Source: Lepidodermella squamata | Taxonomy: Eukaryota; Animalia; Gastrotricha | Direction: 5' to 3' | Assembly: GCA_047495785.1 (NCBI GenBank) | Contig: JBLDXI010000001.1 | Location: 3,162,001 to 3,226,000 of the forward strand | DNA length: 64,000 bases | Part shown: positions 48,002 through 61,612 of the stretch, in pieces | Layout: every line of letters starts with the position of its first letter | Position numbering within the stretch: position 1 is the stretch's first letter | Made by a program: the position numbers and the translations under genes | Notes under the pieces: model-generated | Seen by the model: only the letters and a program-made list of their open reading frames with translations | What the model was told of the DNA's origin: nothing | The model's database searches: none

Positions 48002-50656
48002 ATGCCGTCCGACGATAAGAAAAAGCGAGATGCGAAGAAAAAGGCGCAACTTCAGAAAACCCTTGGCCAGAAGGGCAAGATTGCCTCTGGCACTTCCCTA
48101 GCCTCAGAAGACGTTGATGTCGATGAAGCGAACGGTGGTGAGGAGAACGGTGAGGACAAAGTAGTCGATGAAATGGCTCGTCTCGAGTTGGAGAAGATCG
48201 ACGCGAGAACAGCGACCGGTGTTTTGACGTCGTACAAAGAAAGCCGCGACGTCCATCTCGGCTCGGTGAGTCTCACGTGTTTCGGGCAGGTTCTGCTCGA
48301 AGATTGCGAGCTCGAGTTCAACAACGGCCGTCGTTACGGTCTGATCGGGCCTAATGGCTGCGGCAAATCAACCCTGCTGTCTTGCCTAGCCAACCGAGAA
48401 CTGCCGATTCCTAACCACATCGATATCTACTATTTGTCGCACGAAATGGCTCCGTCTGAGAAGACTGCCTTGGAGAGTGTTATTGATGTCGATGCCGAGC
48501 GAGGGATGCTGGAGGCCGAAGCTGCGGAGTTAGCGACTTGCACCGATGAAGAGTCGGAGAATCGGTTGATGGATGTGTATGAACGTCTCGAATTTCTCGA
48601 CGCGGATAAAGCCCAGGCTCGCGCTGCCGGCATCCTTCACGGTCTCGGCTTCAAGAAGTCGATGCAGAGCAAGAAGGTGAAAGACTTCTCCGGTGGTTGG
48701 CGCATGCGCATCGCCCTGGCCCGTGCGCTGTACGTCAAGCCGTGCCTGCTGTTGATGGACGAGCCGACGAATCACCTCGACTTGGCGGCGTGTTGTTGGC
48801 TGGAAGAGGAGTTGAAGAACTACAAGCGCATTTTGGTCATTGTTTCGCACTCGCAAGATTTCTTGAACGGTGTTTGCACGAACATTATTCACATGCATAA
48901 TCGCAAGATGAAGTACTACGGTGGCAACTACGATCAATACGTTCAGACCCGGTACGAGTTGGAGACGAATCAGATGAAGAAGTTTAAGTGGGAGCAGAAC
49001 AAAATCAGTCAGATTAAGGTTTGCTATTTATTTTTCTATGTGTTCGCATGAAAAATGGCCGTAGTAGAGCACTCATTGAACTATAAATCGATCATTTTTG
49101 AGAAAACAGCCTTTTGCAAACCTGATTTCCCCTAATCGGAAAAAAATCCAAATTTGATGCCCAACTTCAAACCCATTAGAAATACATTTTAGAGATATTG
49201 AGGGGTGGCCAGAGCATTTTGTATGATTTGGGCCCATTTTTCAATTATTTAGATTATTTTCGAAATTTTTTTTTAATTATTTCAGGCTACACAACCTACA
49301 ATTTTTCGGATTTTTTTTATTTATTGCAACTGGGACCATATTTGTGTTTGAAGGGGCGGTTAATTTAATTGGTCTTAAATCCGAATTAAATCCAGTAAAA
49401 TGTGTTCATAATGAGTAGCAAATTAAATTTTATAATGTTTCGAAAATGGATTCGATATGGGATTTTTTGCAAGGCGGAAAATTCAATGAGTGCGTAATGA
49501 TCGGCCATTTTCCACCTTATTTTACTATGTTTTGATAACATGATGACCTTAAGGCCGATTTTGAGTAGTTCTCCGTTGGCGGATTGAGCTACGATGTTTG
49601 AATCGAGCAAGCGATTTATAACGATGTCTGATTAATCGAAATCGTTTTCATATTGCTTTCATTGTGTTTCCAAGAATGTACATGATTCTTTTTGCCCGCA
49701 CAGGATTTCGTAGCCCGTTTCGGTCACGGTACCAAGAAACTCGCCCGGCAAGCGCAATCTCGCGAGAAGATGTTGAACCGAATGCAGGAGGCCGGGTTGA
49801 CAGAATCGGTCATGAAGGACCGCGTAGTCTCTTTCCATTTCCCAGAATGTGGCACGATTCCGCCCCCGGTTATCATGGTCCAAAACGTCTCGTTCAAATA
49901 TTCACCCGACACGCCTAATATCTACGAAGGTCTAGAATTCGGTTTTGACCTTGACGTGAGTTTCAACTTATATTTGAAATTCGGATTTGAAAGCATTTTT
50001 ATTTGATTTTCAGTCTCGAGTTGCGTTGGTCGGACCGAACGGCGCTGGAAAGAGTACGTTGTTGAAGTTGATTTACGGCGAGCTAACGCCGACGCAAGGT
50101 CTCATTCGTCGTCATTCGCATTTGAAGTGCTGCCGGTACAACCAGCATCTCACCGAACTGCTCGACCTCGAACAACCGGCTTTAACGTGGATGATGAGCA
50201 AATTCCCAGATATGAAAGAGGTTCGTTTATTTGTACTATTCATACTAATTCTAATATTCTCTCGATTTTAAGGTGGATGATCATCGGAAACTGTTGGGTC
50301 GTTTCGGCTTGACCGGTTCCATGCAGACGTGCACGATGCGCGTGTTATCTGACGGGCAGCGTTGCCGCGTCGTGTTCGCGTGGTTGGCCCAGCAAGCGCC
50401 GCATCTGTTGCTGTTGGACGAACCTACTAACCATCTCGACATTGAGACCATCGACGCGCTCGCCGATTCGATCAACGACTTCGAAGGCGGCGTCGTGCTG
50501 GTGAGCCACGACTTCCGTCTCATCTCGCAAGTCGCCGAGGAGATTTGGATTTGCGAGAAGGGCAAGATCACGAAATGGGACGATGACATTTACGCGTATA
50601 AGAAGAAGCTGATGGACAAGGTGCGACGAATGAACGAGAAGCACAAGGTTCTGTAA
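48002..50656 (+). CDS. ABCF2: ATP-binding cassette subfamily F member 2 (exons 48002-49018, 49704-49955, 50014-50220, 50273-50656)
   Basis: [14 protein letters not shown] start, [51 protein letters not shown]; no TM segments. Confidence 0.95.
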
Positions 50657-51349
50657 ACACTGGGAAACGTGCTTTGATGAGCGGAAAAAGTATATAAATA
50701 TAAAAATAATGAACCTATATTATCCGTGCTGTGTATAAATTTTAAGATGAAAAAACCACTGAATATGAAAAAGAATATAATACGCTTGTTGGTTTGGATT
50801 GCGACCTGCTTTGCCTGAAACCGATAAGTCCGAAATAATATTTTAGCTTGTTCAAATTCATTTTCTCGAAAAATGTGATCGTCCTTGATAGTCATGGAGC
50901 GATGAATGAATATGACGAAATAAAACTGTATATTTCCGAAAATATCGTTTTTTTATCTTGACACTAATAATAAAACGAGTCTTCTAGCAATGCCGTTTGG
51001 TGGGTGTCGAATTGAGACTCATCGTCAGACTATTGTCGCCGGGGTTTCAACAGATCGCGAGCTGAAAATATTAAACGGGATGTCTATTCGCACATGGTAT
51101 GTACGCATAAATTGCTATTCGCACATGGTTTCAAAAAGAAATTTCTGTGATCAACAACTTTCTCCATTTGTATCCGATCAGTCTAACGTTTTGCGTGCAC
51201 ATAGCTGAGACCATGCAGGTCTACCATCCCTCAAAAAATTATGCATGGACCTCCTATGGAAGAGTCGCAAAGCTGCACAATCTGATTCAGTTTCGGGACG
51301 CTTACTGAAACACTTTCGGTGATGATCCATAATGGCCTACCTGCGGTTC

Positions 51350-51620
51350 CTAAAATTCTGAAAAAATATCTAAAAAATTCCTTGGCTCCTGTAGAATAAG
51401 GGTATCGATTTTCTTTCCCAAATTCGATTCCATTATTGACTGCTGATTTTTGGAAACGATACCTCGAAAAACCTAAAATCACCTACCTGGATCTCTTCAC
51501 CTGGGCGGTTTTAGCTAGAATATTTTGTACCAAAACTGGCCAAATGCTGGCGTTTAGCTGGTAGTTATTGGGGTGAGAGCAGTAAATTTTATAGAGCGGT
51601 AAATTACCTGCAAGTAGCGA
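51350..51620 (+). repeat. Dispersed repeat, copy 2 (see 17344-17630)
   Basis: Colinear similarity with 17344-17630. Confidence 0.8.
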
Positions 51621-52647
51621 TTTTGGAGGTACAATTTTGACAACTCAAAAGACTACGTTGAAAGACTACCTACCTAGTCGATTTTCAAATGGTACTTCGA
51701 TGAGGCCTGTCTCATGTAGATAATTCTAGAATTTTTTTCCAGATTCTAACACCGTTCGTATACTTTTGGTGAAGTTTCGAAGCAATATCTTGAAAAAATC
51801 GTTTTAATACAAATAAATCGAAAATAAAATAAAAAATCTCAATCTTCACCACGCGCACGATGAATCACTGCTGACGCTAGATGATCAAGTTGAAAAAGGG
51901 TCATTACCATAGAGTTGCCAAAGTTGTACTAGCTTGTCAAAATTGTACCTTTCTTTCGAGCCTTTTTCTCAGGTGAATTACCTGAATCAGGCCGTGGAAA
52001 AATACAACAATTATGCCCAGGACAAGGGAATTCCAACGGTGTAAAAAGTTGCAAATAATTCACCTGAATTGATTTTCTGGAATTTTATACAAATTTGTAC
52101 CGTTCCCCGGTATTAAAATCAAAGATTTTGCGAACTTTTCTTAGTTTGAACCTAACCCGTATCACTGAAGCGGCCTACTTTTAATGGACCATCTGGCGAA
52201 AAGCTAATTTTAAGAGAGCATTTGACACGTGAACATTGGCCAAGCTACCCCGTAAAATTCAGCTCTCGAATCCCGCAACAGAGGTCCAAGGTGCTTTTTG
52301 AAAGCTGTAATCGGGAGTAATCTGTGAGTGTACATTTCATTGCCCTGAGGTCCAGGAAATCCGAGATAATTTCGGGTCCTCAAGGTGATCGGCTGCCATT
52401 CGGTGGAAGGCCACATTTCGAGTTCCAGTAAAATTGAACAACATCGTTGGATATAATTATACACAATTATACAAAAAACCACCCTCATAGTCCTGATCAT
52501 TGAGGAAGTGATAGGGATTGGGAAGTGAAATTTCCCACTGGCTGAAAAGAAATCAGCGGCTCAAAACCATAAAAAATTAAACAAAAAACGCTGTATTTTA
52601 GAAAATAAGCTCGTTTTCAGATTTTACTTCTCAAATCCCAACAAAGG

Positions 52648-55600
52648 TCAAACAAATACATCAGACGGAACTTCAAATTCATCGAAATTTACGTAACATG
52701 TCATTGGTTCGGCTAATCGCAGAGTATCAATCGCTCTTTTTCGGTCCGTCAGGCCGACTGGTAAAACTTTTAACAGAGCCTGCCTAGCAATCGCTTTCAG
52801 GGGCCTCGGATACGATTTCATAGCTGCTCTGCAAAAAATCAGCCCATCCTTCATTCGATCAGGCGCCTCGGTTCTCGCGTCATTGATCATTTTGCGTAAA
52901 GCTGCGAAATTGAAGCTCGACTTCCCGCCACACTCGACTAATATGTCAAAAATCGCATTCTGCTTCGACCAAATGCGTTGGCTATAACTCGCCTTGGAGC
53001 TGTAAATATGCTCAGATTCGAAGAAAATATTCGCGCATTTATGGATGGCATCGCAACGGGCACCGGCGCGCAGGAGAGGCAGAACAACGCTGTGAAAAAT
53101 CTTCGCCATGACTTGATCGGCAAACTTCGCCTGTGGCACTTCTTCGTCGAAAAATACCGTGAAGATTTCAGCAAAGGTGTTTGACAAAACTGTTGCGCCA
53201 AGATATGTTGAATTAAGGTCGAGTTTGAAACGATCGATAAGAGCTTCAACCATTTTCGGGTTCAGTACACCAATGCCGATCATTTTACTAAAAATGAAAC
53301 AAAATAATACAGTAGAAATGTTCGAATAATGCATTTTAAGATGTAATATCAGCTTCGAAAGGCATTTTATTCTCGGCAAAATCGTACGAGAACATAGAGG
53401 AACGAAACTTTGCCCATTTGAACTGACTTCGGCTACTTCACGCTTCAAGCCCATATTATAGCAAAAAATCTGATGGTATGGCTAACTAGTGTTTCTAGTC
53501 TTGACGCAAAATGTCACATTGAGCCAAATATTCGGCATATATCATAGCTGGCGGGCCAATGGCGATAACATCGTTTCAATTACTCTTTGAGGCTTCTGTT
53601 ACACAATTTTTCAACCAAATTTGTCCAACGTTCTCCATACAAGTCTGCCTATTTGTGGATTATACATATCCATTGCCTTCACGTATCTTCTCCTCTCTTC
53701 TTTGGGATAATTGTTCACAATTATAAAATTTGGTCTTTTCATCAGCAGCTCGGTGAATTCCGAGTGCTAAGTAAGGTTCTTTTGCTGATCTATGAATGTT
53801 GTTTCTTTCATTTTCTCTATGTTTGTTAAAAATCAATAATTACGATGGCGATTCAATCAATCAACAACAAACCAGGTACTTTCGCTTCTTAATATCTCTG
53901 AAAGAATACAATCGGCTAACTATTGAGTACACTAGACAATCTCTAATTGTCAGAAGACCTCTTTGTAACAAATTTGATTCAGTGGTACGGAATTTCTTCA
54001 TTCGGTGAATTTGGTAAGTGTTACAACCACAACAAATCGAAAATCCGCGAAGACATCTGTTGCAGGAAGACGGGCGCTTTTCGGCTAGGGGAGTCGTTGA
54101 GTTCTATTTCGACGCAGTTTCTCCGGAATCACATTCATAGCCTCTTTTGGCAAGGTTGACAGGAACGGGAATTGCCAGGTTAACAAAAACCTCTGATGAA
54201 AACCTTGCTTTCCTTGCTTACCATCACCGCTAATGCCCTAACGGACTAATTGATTGTACGCCTAAAGTCGCTGCCGTCTGCTCTACTTGCGCGATAACAT
54301 TTCGAAAACAGACCTGAAGAATGTGAAGTTCCTCGCCAGCCGATGCCACAATCGCAAAGTGATGGCACCTTTTCTTCGTGCCCAAAACTGTTTTATCAAC
54401 TTTTCACAATGCACTTTTCGAGACGCCAAGGTAGCAATACCGGCTGTTTTCGCATCGCGACTCCACGCATTGGGTTTTGCAATGCTTAAAGCCCACCGCC
54501 GTAGAGGACATGTCTAGGGAGCCGGTAATTAAAACGTTGCTTGTGCGTATCGGCGAATCCCTTGATCAGACTGCGGCGCTCTCTCAGCGACGAAAAGTTC
54601 CACAACTTTGTCAATGAAGCTCTAAACCTAGTTTCGATTGCCCTCCCCACCCAATCGCAAGTGGACCGCGACTTGCGGGCAATAGCACGCATCAAAGACT
54701 GCGCTGCTCACCGCTCGCTTAGAGCAAAGCTGCGCGAAGGAATGCCAAAGAATACCGTCGGTAGTTGACTGTATGACCGAGGTACTAGACACTTTCAAAC
54801 GCTGGCAGCTCGCTAACCCCGAATCAAGAAATCGCTCGCCATCGCCCAGGCCGCCGATTTCACAAATGCCGCGATAGCCCGCCGGCAAACGCAATCGGCA
54901 GCCGCGGACTGCTCCCGCTGGCGTCGATACGCGCCAGCTATTTCAAGAGGTTCTGGCTCTCTATCGAACCCCCGCCGCCAAACTGCGGTGTTGGCACCCC
55001 CAGCTCCAGACTACAGCGAGGCTCAGAAGCGGTTGGGCTTTTTCTGGTCAGCAGTACATCACACACCGAAGAATGCTTCATCGAGCTCTCGGCCGCCTGT
55101 CTCCGCAAGAAGAGACGTTTCGAGAAGACGTTGAAGCTAGCGGGGTAGGTTTTTTGAATAATCGGCTGCTTGAAGCATGCCTGACTTGTGTTTTACTCTG
55201 CAGACGGGCAGATCTTGAGTTTAATAGCATTTGCGTAGCCCATTTTGGTCCGATTTGCATCTTCACCGTCTCTCCGACCGTCAAGCGGTGTTGCCGTTGC
55301 TTTGTTCTGTTCTCGCCTCTTCTTCTTCTCCGACTTGTCCGTCATTGTCATCAACTCCCTTCTGGCAGCTTGTAACAGGATATTTTTAACATTGCCGCAA
55401 ATTCCACTCCTACAGCTCGCAAAAGCTCGCAAAAGCTTTAAACCGCAAACCATTTCTCCCTTGGTTTTAAATGATACTCACTGTTTCACCATTTCTGCTT
55501 CACCAAGATCCAAAACTTCCCTAGTGTTCCGTGATATGATCAGCCGCTTGATTGTGATGACCGCTCTCTATCTTGTGAACCAACAACAATTCCCGTAGTT

Positions 55601-58600
55601 CCGGTCAAGTTTAATTATAGTCATTATGTTCAGGTTACATATTCTTACCGGTTTACCACTGAGCAATGTACTCAAACCTCTCCACCTCCATCGCCATCCG
55701 TCTTTTGCACATCTGTTAAGCTTATCGAAGCACTGACTGAACCAAAGCGTATTTTTCTCGATTCGTCCTCAGACTGAGTATTATGCCTTCTCTCCTCCTT
55801 ACTTAAAACCCGAAAACTTTTATTTACATACCGGCATCACTCATGAGATATGAGAACTGTTCCACAGCTTGGCGGCAACCCGCTAGAATGTGTGCCTCTG
55901 CTGACCCTCGTCATATCCGCACTCGTCTAACCCGCGACTTTTATTTCAGAAATTCTCGGCGTCCCCCAACTGGCGAGCATCGTCTATTGTGACAATCAAG
56001 CTTCGGTGATATTGGTCCACGATTGATGATTGCTCACGTGCTGTCCGACGCGAGGCGTCGTCCAAAACATGTCCGTATCAGATTGTTCCCGATTAAAGAA
56101 TTGATTGAAAATAATGAAATCGTGGTGAGATGCCTGTCGACAGAAAAGATATTTGCCGATCTCTTCACGAAGCCGGTCCCCTATCGGATTTTTGCGAAAT
56201 TGCGAAGTTCGATTGGCCTAAATTAGGCTAGTGAGGGCGGCGTGGAGAGGTCGGCCAAAGTTGGAGAGTGATAAATGGATGTGTTGAATGTGAACTAAAG
56301 GTGAAGAAAATAGACCCCCTGGTGCGGTAGAAAGTCGGCCCAGAGCCAGGGATGGGAAAGTTCCCTTTTGTGCTTTTCCAACCTCGAATCCTGGAAACCA
56401 AGTAGACATACGTGGATTGATTGCCCGACACAAATACCAGGTACGTCTGTCAACACCGTGGCAAAGTGCCGTTCGGCGGAATTCAGGTAGCGAGATTGAG
56501 CCACTTCAACGAGCAAGATATTTTCCCGAAAACAATGACATAGTCTTTTTTAAACACAGATGAACTCTCCAGGCCATAATCTTTGATTAGAGCTAAACAT
56601 ATTCGGTAAATTAAAAAAATCGCTAACTCAAGATTGTTTAACGTTGAGTCAAACAATACAACCGTACAAGACGTATGTTTTACCCATACTGCAATTTGGT
56701 ATGGTAGCCCACACGTTTGCAGCCAGCGAAGCGATGCTACAACGGCTTGAAGCTGTCCAACAACGCTTCGTTGCGGCAACTGGCGTGACTCTGCAACCCC
56801 TAAGCAAACGGAGGTTTGTCGAAGTGATGACTTATCTGTATAAAATAATAGTGGAAGGAGAGGCACGCCTCAGATTTAAGATTCCCTGTCGGGTTTTATC
56901 ACAAAGCCTAACTTGAATCTTTTGCGCAGAAATTCGGCCCTGTCTTATATTGCACTCCTTACGGTAGAAGCAATACAATTGCCGCCAGGGCAGCTGCTTA
57001 TTTTATTCGAAAAAATTGCAAATAGTGTGAATTACCTCAACGCGATTTCGCCGCGTTTACAATGCTGAATGAGAGGCTGAAGAACGTGGTCTAGCTTGGC
57101 GACTTGCGGCGCAAGATCGCGCGGCCAGCTTTGCGGCCCGGCCAGACACTCCATGACAATGTGGTCGTAGGAAAGCAGACAGTTAGAAATCGGCGGTTCT
57201 TCTCGCGCGTCGTTAACTTCACTCGGCTTCATGAGACCTAAATCAGCAGAGGCGCCACTTGACAGCAGGGCTTCAACGCCTTCCGGCCATTCACGCTCTA
57301 CGGCAAGATTGAGTAGCGATTGAAGAACACAAATAGGAACGCTGCGTTCCAACGTAACCAGGGCTTGTTTTCTAAACATTTTGAGAAAAAACATAAATTA
57401 ATAATGGAGGAACATCAACAGTAGCTACAGACTGTAATTTTTCGGAATTTTAATAGACAGTTGTGTTGAGTGTGCGAAGTGCGCACCCTAAATTTAGGGT
57501 TCCTTATCCGTTCTTCTGGAACGATGCCAGAAGCAGGATAATGAGTTCGACTGTGGTGTGTTCGTCGTTGCGTTTTTATGCGAGATACTGCTCGACGGAA
57601 ATCCTTTGTCCGCTATTTTCGACAAGTCGAAGATGCGAGCAGATTTGATCAATTGTTTGGAGAATCAAAGCCTAGAGCGATTCCCTGCTACTAAGAAAAA
57701 GGGGCGCACGCCGCATCTGTAGTCAAAATCAGGAGAATAATTGTGACGTTTCAACTTCAACCTCTTTCCACTTCACTTGATAACTTGATTGATAAACTCG
57801 GTGATTTTGACTCAATATGAGATACTATAATGAAGAGAGCGACAAGAATAAAATGTAGATATGTCTCTGCTTAAATCATGCACTATTATTCATTATTTCG
57901 CATATGTACGAATAGCAAAAAATTTGTACATATTTACGTGCGAATAGCATAACACCCTTTAAAATTTATTTTCCAACTTTCTTTTCCTATTTCAATTGTG
58001 ATAAATGGATTTATCAAATGTGAAATAAGGATGAATAAAATAGACCCGCCGGGTGCGGTAGAAAGACGGCCTAGAGCCGGGGATGGGAAAGTTCCCTTTT
58101 CTGCTTTTCCATCTCCGACTCAAGATTGTTTAACGCGAAGTCGAATAATTCAAGCCTGCTTATCGCCACTGCTTGTCCCGCGAATCAACACGTTATCAGC
58201 ACGATGCCTAGCAACATCTTTGTTCTTAATGACGAGAACTACGAGGATTGGGCGTTTCAGATGGAAGCGTACCTCAAGCGGAAACAAGATTGGAAGATCG
58301 TACAGGGGTTGGAAACCATCGTTTCGGTTGAAGACGGATACGATGAGACGTTCATCAAGAGATATGAAATAGCTGCCTCAAAAATCATCGAAACTGTACA
58401 ACCGTCACCGCTGAACATAATAAGAGCGCCTGGCGTCAGGTGCGACCCGGTGGCGGTGTGGGATAAGCTAAGGAATCGGTTCGCTGCCACAACAAGCCGA
58501 AAAGTTTCCTTAAAAATCCTTAGTAAAAATATGAGGTTAGCTTTACTCATTCACTAGCGGAGGGAACTTCTCGCGAAATCCTCGCTTTTCGGCAGTGTCG

Positions 58601-59479
58601 ATATATCTGAATCATATCGAGACGCGATAATGACGGCAAGAGGGTGATGAAAACTATTGTTATCAAATAATTTGTTGACGCAGGGCCTCGAATTTTGACT
58701 TATTGAAGGGACGACTATTGACCTGAGTATACCATTCATTATCAACAAAGTCTTCCCCGCCCCAAGCTTAGTGATAAACCGCCGGCTTTAGAGGGCGAAG
58801 TTAGAGTTAGAAGTTCAGAAGTTAGAGGGTGCGATCCCCAGAGCCTTTTGCTCGACTTTTTGCGATATAAGCACCAGTTGTTGCAAAACGCTCATTTCCG
58901 AGCAAAACTTTAAAAACGTTTCTTCAAATTTTTTCAAGTGAAATTTGCAAATATTTCTTCATCTTCTCCCTTGCTCTATCATCCTCAAAAGCTCCAATCG
59001 CCAAGACTGTTTAGTTAACAAGACGATCAAGTTGAAAACCGATCAATTGAGAGATAAATTCAAGTTCAAAAGAGATAGATAGTACAAGTTAAACGTTAAA
59101 CATACAGTGTTGCCAGATCTTTTTCCCTGGTCGCGAAAAACAGCTGCACGTAGGCGGTGGCGTTGAACTCACTCGACAAGACCAATTTCCTTGCCTCGGC
59201 GTGAATTTCATCCGCAGCTTCTTTCCTCAACTTTTCATTTTTGAAAGGCGCCAAAACTATGCGATTTGCCGTATCGATGTCGAAATGAATAAATGGGATG
59301 TACTCGCGAAAATCATTAGACGACTTGGTTTTAATGCCACAGTTTTTCAGGTTCAACTTTGAGATTGCCGGGCTTGAGACCGATTTCGCAACTCGCAGCA
59401 TCTCTTCGAAAAATTCCTGCTTCGAGATACAGCATTTGCCGCTGCACACGTAATTGTCATCATGATTATCAAAACGCAT
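52648..59479 (-). CDS. Divergent ankyrin-like + SOCS-box protein (exons 59479-59106, 57371-57036, 53287-52648; ~449 aa)
   Basis: C-terminal PRPLKAIARQALLKVL...IDTLRLAEPMTCYV SOCS box; both phase-2 introns (GTATGT...TTTAG; GTAATT...TTTTAG) keep frame; junction 1 builds ankyrin-like QLFFATREKDLATL|KQAL. Confidence 0.65.
55975..56380 (+). mobile_element. Ty1/copia remnant: RNase H end, polypurine tract, LTR
   Basis: CDNQAS...RPKHVRIR...ADLFTKP; purine-rich AGTGAGGGCGGCG at ~56230; following sequence matches 57998-58111. Confidence 0.8.
56644..56916 (+). mobile_element. LINE (CR1/L2-like) ORF2 C-terminal fragment
   Basis: YKTYVLPILQFG...LEAVQQRF...L-PL-RR...YKII pattern. Confidence 0.65.
57528..57722 (+). 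pseudogene. Ulp1/C48-type protease C-terminal fragment (transposon cargo)
   Basis: Hand translation QKQDNEFDCGVFVVAFLCEILLDGNP...FDKSKMRADLINCLE...FP; not in the ORF track. Confidence 0.65.
57998..58557 (+). mobile_element. Ty1/copia remnant: LTR + gag N-terminus
   Basis: LTR-like match to 56268-56380; LNDENYEDWAFQMEAYLKRKQDWKIV...VWDKLRNRF copia gag motif. Confidence 0.8.
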
Positions 59480-59864
59480 ACTTCCTACCAAAAATACAAG
59501 ACAAATGAAATGAAAAGAGTTAAAGATGCAATGGCAACATGGTTATGGAAAAGCTGCAGCGGCATAACTCAAGAATGAACATCATTACATCCCGGTGCCA
59601 AGGTTTCAGTGATGGACGCCAAATGAAATGAAACAAGACAGCATTTGAGTAGTATCTGAAAAAAACGCATACTATCGGCCCCAAATTGGAATATGGAATA
59701 CTGAAAAATTCCCGGTGGTCGACCTCTTCGAACCACGGCTTTTAGTTTCAAGACAAATTTTTGAGCCAATTCAATGCGAAATGTAAGGTAGAAAGTATAA
59801 CAAATCATTTGTATGGGCAAAATTCGTTTTTCGGAATCAACTGAGTCAAATCGGAACCTTGCTG

Positions 59865-61211
59865 TCAATTGTTGCCAGCAGACCGAAGCCTAACCAGCAG
59901 GTGATCAGGAAAATCAGCTTTCGCTAGTTCCCACGGTAGTTGCCCAGCTTTGTTTTTCTGTTTCAGCAAATGAGGGGCAACGTATTGATCCAGCAGGTGC
60001 GTAACAACTTTATCAGCTCCTTTCTCAATAGCGCAATGGAAGACATTGTTGCCGCCTTGATCAACTGCCAGCGGATTCGCACCGCGGCGCAGCAAGTAAT
60101 CGACGGATGAAACACGATTATTTTCCGCGCAGTTAAGCAAAACTGTGCAACAGGAACCGCGCCTCGGGGAATCAATGTCAACTCCGCATACCTCAATAAA
60201 GTGCGTTAACATGTTTTTCACTGAATTATCATCTGAGCAACGGGTAGCGAAATGGAAAGGAAGGCGCCCTGCGTCGTCATACATATTCAGCCCAGCTGGG
60301 TATTTCTCAAGCAAATACTTAACGACCGGCAGGCTACCGGACTTGGCTGCGTAGTGAATTGGAAGGCTATTTGTTACACTTCCGAGTGAACAATCTTCAC
60401 CGTGATTTTCAACGAGTAATTTAACCGCGCTTAAATTCCCGCTACCCGCAGCCGCGTGAATCGGCGAATAGGCGCCAGCTTTTGAAGGCAGGCAATCGTC
60501 TTTTGATAAAGCCAACAGAAATTCCATGGTTTTAACAGCTCCTTCGCGAGCAGCAGTCACAAACGGTGTTCTGCCGTACATTCCAGAAGGAACTGAGATT
60601 AATTCGCGATCTTTTTCCAACAAAATTTTCACTATTTTACTTTGATTCTTCATAGCGGCCAAGTAGATTGGCGACTGCTTTTTGCCATTGGGTATGTACA
60701 AATTTGCCCCGTGGTTGAGCAGAAACTTGACAACATCTTCATTGCCATTAGACGAGGCGATGCAAAGCGCAGTGCCGCCAATCTCACACGTGAAGTTTAT
60801 GATTTGTTCTAGGCCATCAAAATCGCTCAGTATCTCATTGCCGCTCTTGCATTGCTTTGCCATTGCATGCAAAATAGTGTGCCCACGTTTGTCTTGAACC
60901 AAACCGATGGACGAGTCCAATTTGAGAAGAAACTCGACGATGGCTGGAAATTTCACGGCCAAGTGACAAGCCGTCTGGCCAGACATGTCAGTCGCTTCCA
61001 AATCGCACTGAGGATGCTTGGCTAGCAGCTGAACGGATTCGAATGATCCAGCAGCGGCGGCTTGGAGAAGCAGTGTTCGGCCCGAATCGGTTAAATCCTG
61101 ATGTTGCAGGACTAAATTCTTTCCTATATTTGGCAGGTTAGATAGCAGCGATTCCAGCAGGGCAGAGTTGCCACTTTTAGCCGCTTCGTGGAATTCGAGG
61201 TAGATCAAGTC
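59865..61211 (-). CDS. Ankyrin-repeat protein, terminal exon (5' end unresolved)
   Basis: About 12 repeats of G-T-LH-A...V--LL type; acceptor AACTTTAG before GAC TTG ATC at 61211. Confidence 0.88.
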   Translation of the reverse strand, partial: DLIYLEFHEAAKSGNSALLESLLSNLPNIGKNLVLQHQDLTDSGRTLLLQAAAAGSFESVQLLAKHPQCDLEATDMSGQTACHLAVKFPAIVEFLLKLDSSIGLVQDKRGHTILHAMAKQCKSGNEILSDFDGLEQIINFTCEIGGTALCIASSNGNEDVVKFLLNHGANLYIPNGKKQSPIYLAAMKNQSKIVKILLEKDRELISVPSGMYGRTPFVTAAREGAVKTMEFLLALSKDDCLPSKAGAYSPIHAAAGSGNLSAVKLLVENHGEDCSLGSVTNSLPIHYAAKSGSLPVVKYLLEKYPAGLNMYDDAGRLPFHFATRCSDDNSVKNMLTHFIEVCGVDIDSPRRGSCCTVLLNCAENNRVSSVDYLLRRGANPLAVDQGGNNVFHCAIEKGADKVVTHLLDQYVAPHLLKQKNKAGQLPWELAKADFPDHLLVRLRSAGNN

Positions 61212-61612
61212 CTAAAGTTAAAGGAAATTTTACGGATGAAAATATATCGAAACCGCACACCCAGAGAGATGCTATCGAGCTCGAAACACGGCCGCTTCGT
61301 AAAGTTGCTAATACGATTCTTTAGCATAGAACTTCAATACTCATTGGAATGCAAATAAGTTACTAGCCGTAGAATGATGGCCTTAGACCTTAGAAGATCC
61401 ACGTCTGAAAGGTGAAAGGCACTGTCGAAATAGATCAAAATCATGCCCCTGTCTAATTTTAGTTGCTCCGTTTGCATACAACCACATCTATTTCCCATAC
61501 CGGAAAAATCAGGATAACTATCCAATAATCGTACCAATAATCGGGCACTACAGTCCCAGCCTTATGCCAAACAAAATACTTATAAAAATATACTACCTAT
61601 AATATGACATAC

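Noticed and set aside
52210-52550. Possible further minus-strand exon(s) downstream of the SOCS-box gene
   Set aside because: Protein-like but no recognisable domain or consistent splice model; left uncalled.
54200-55450. GC-richer fragmented ORFs in the SOCS-gene intron
   Set aside because: Probably a decayed retroelement, but no diagnostic motif was found.
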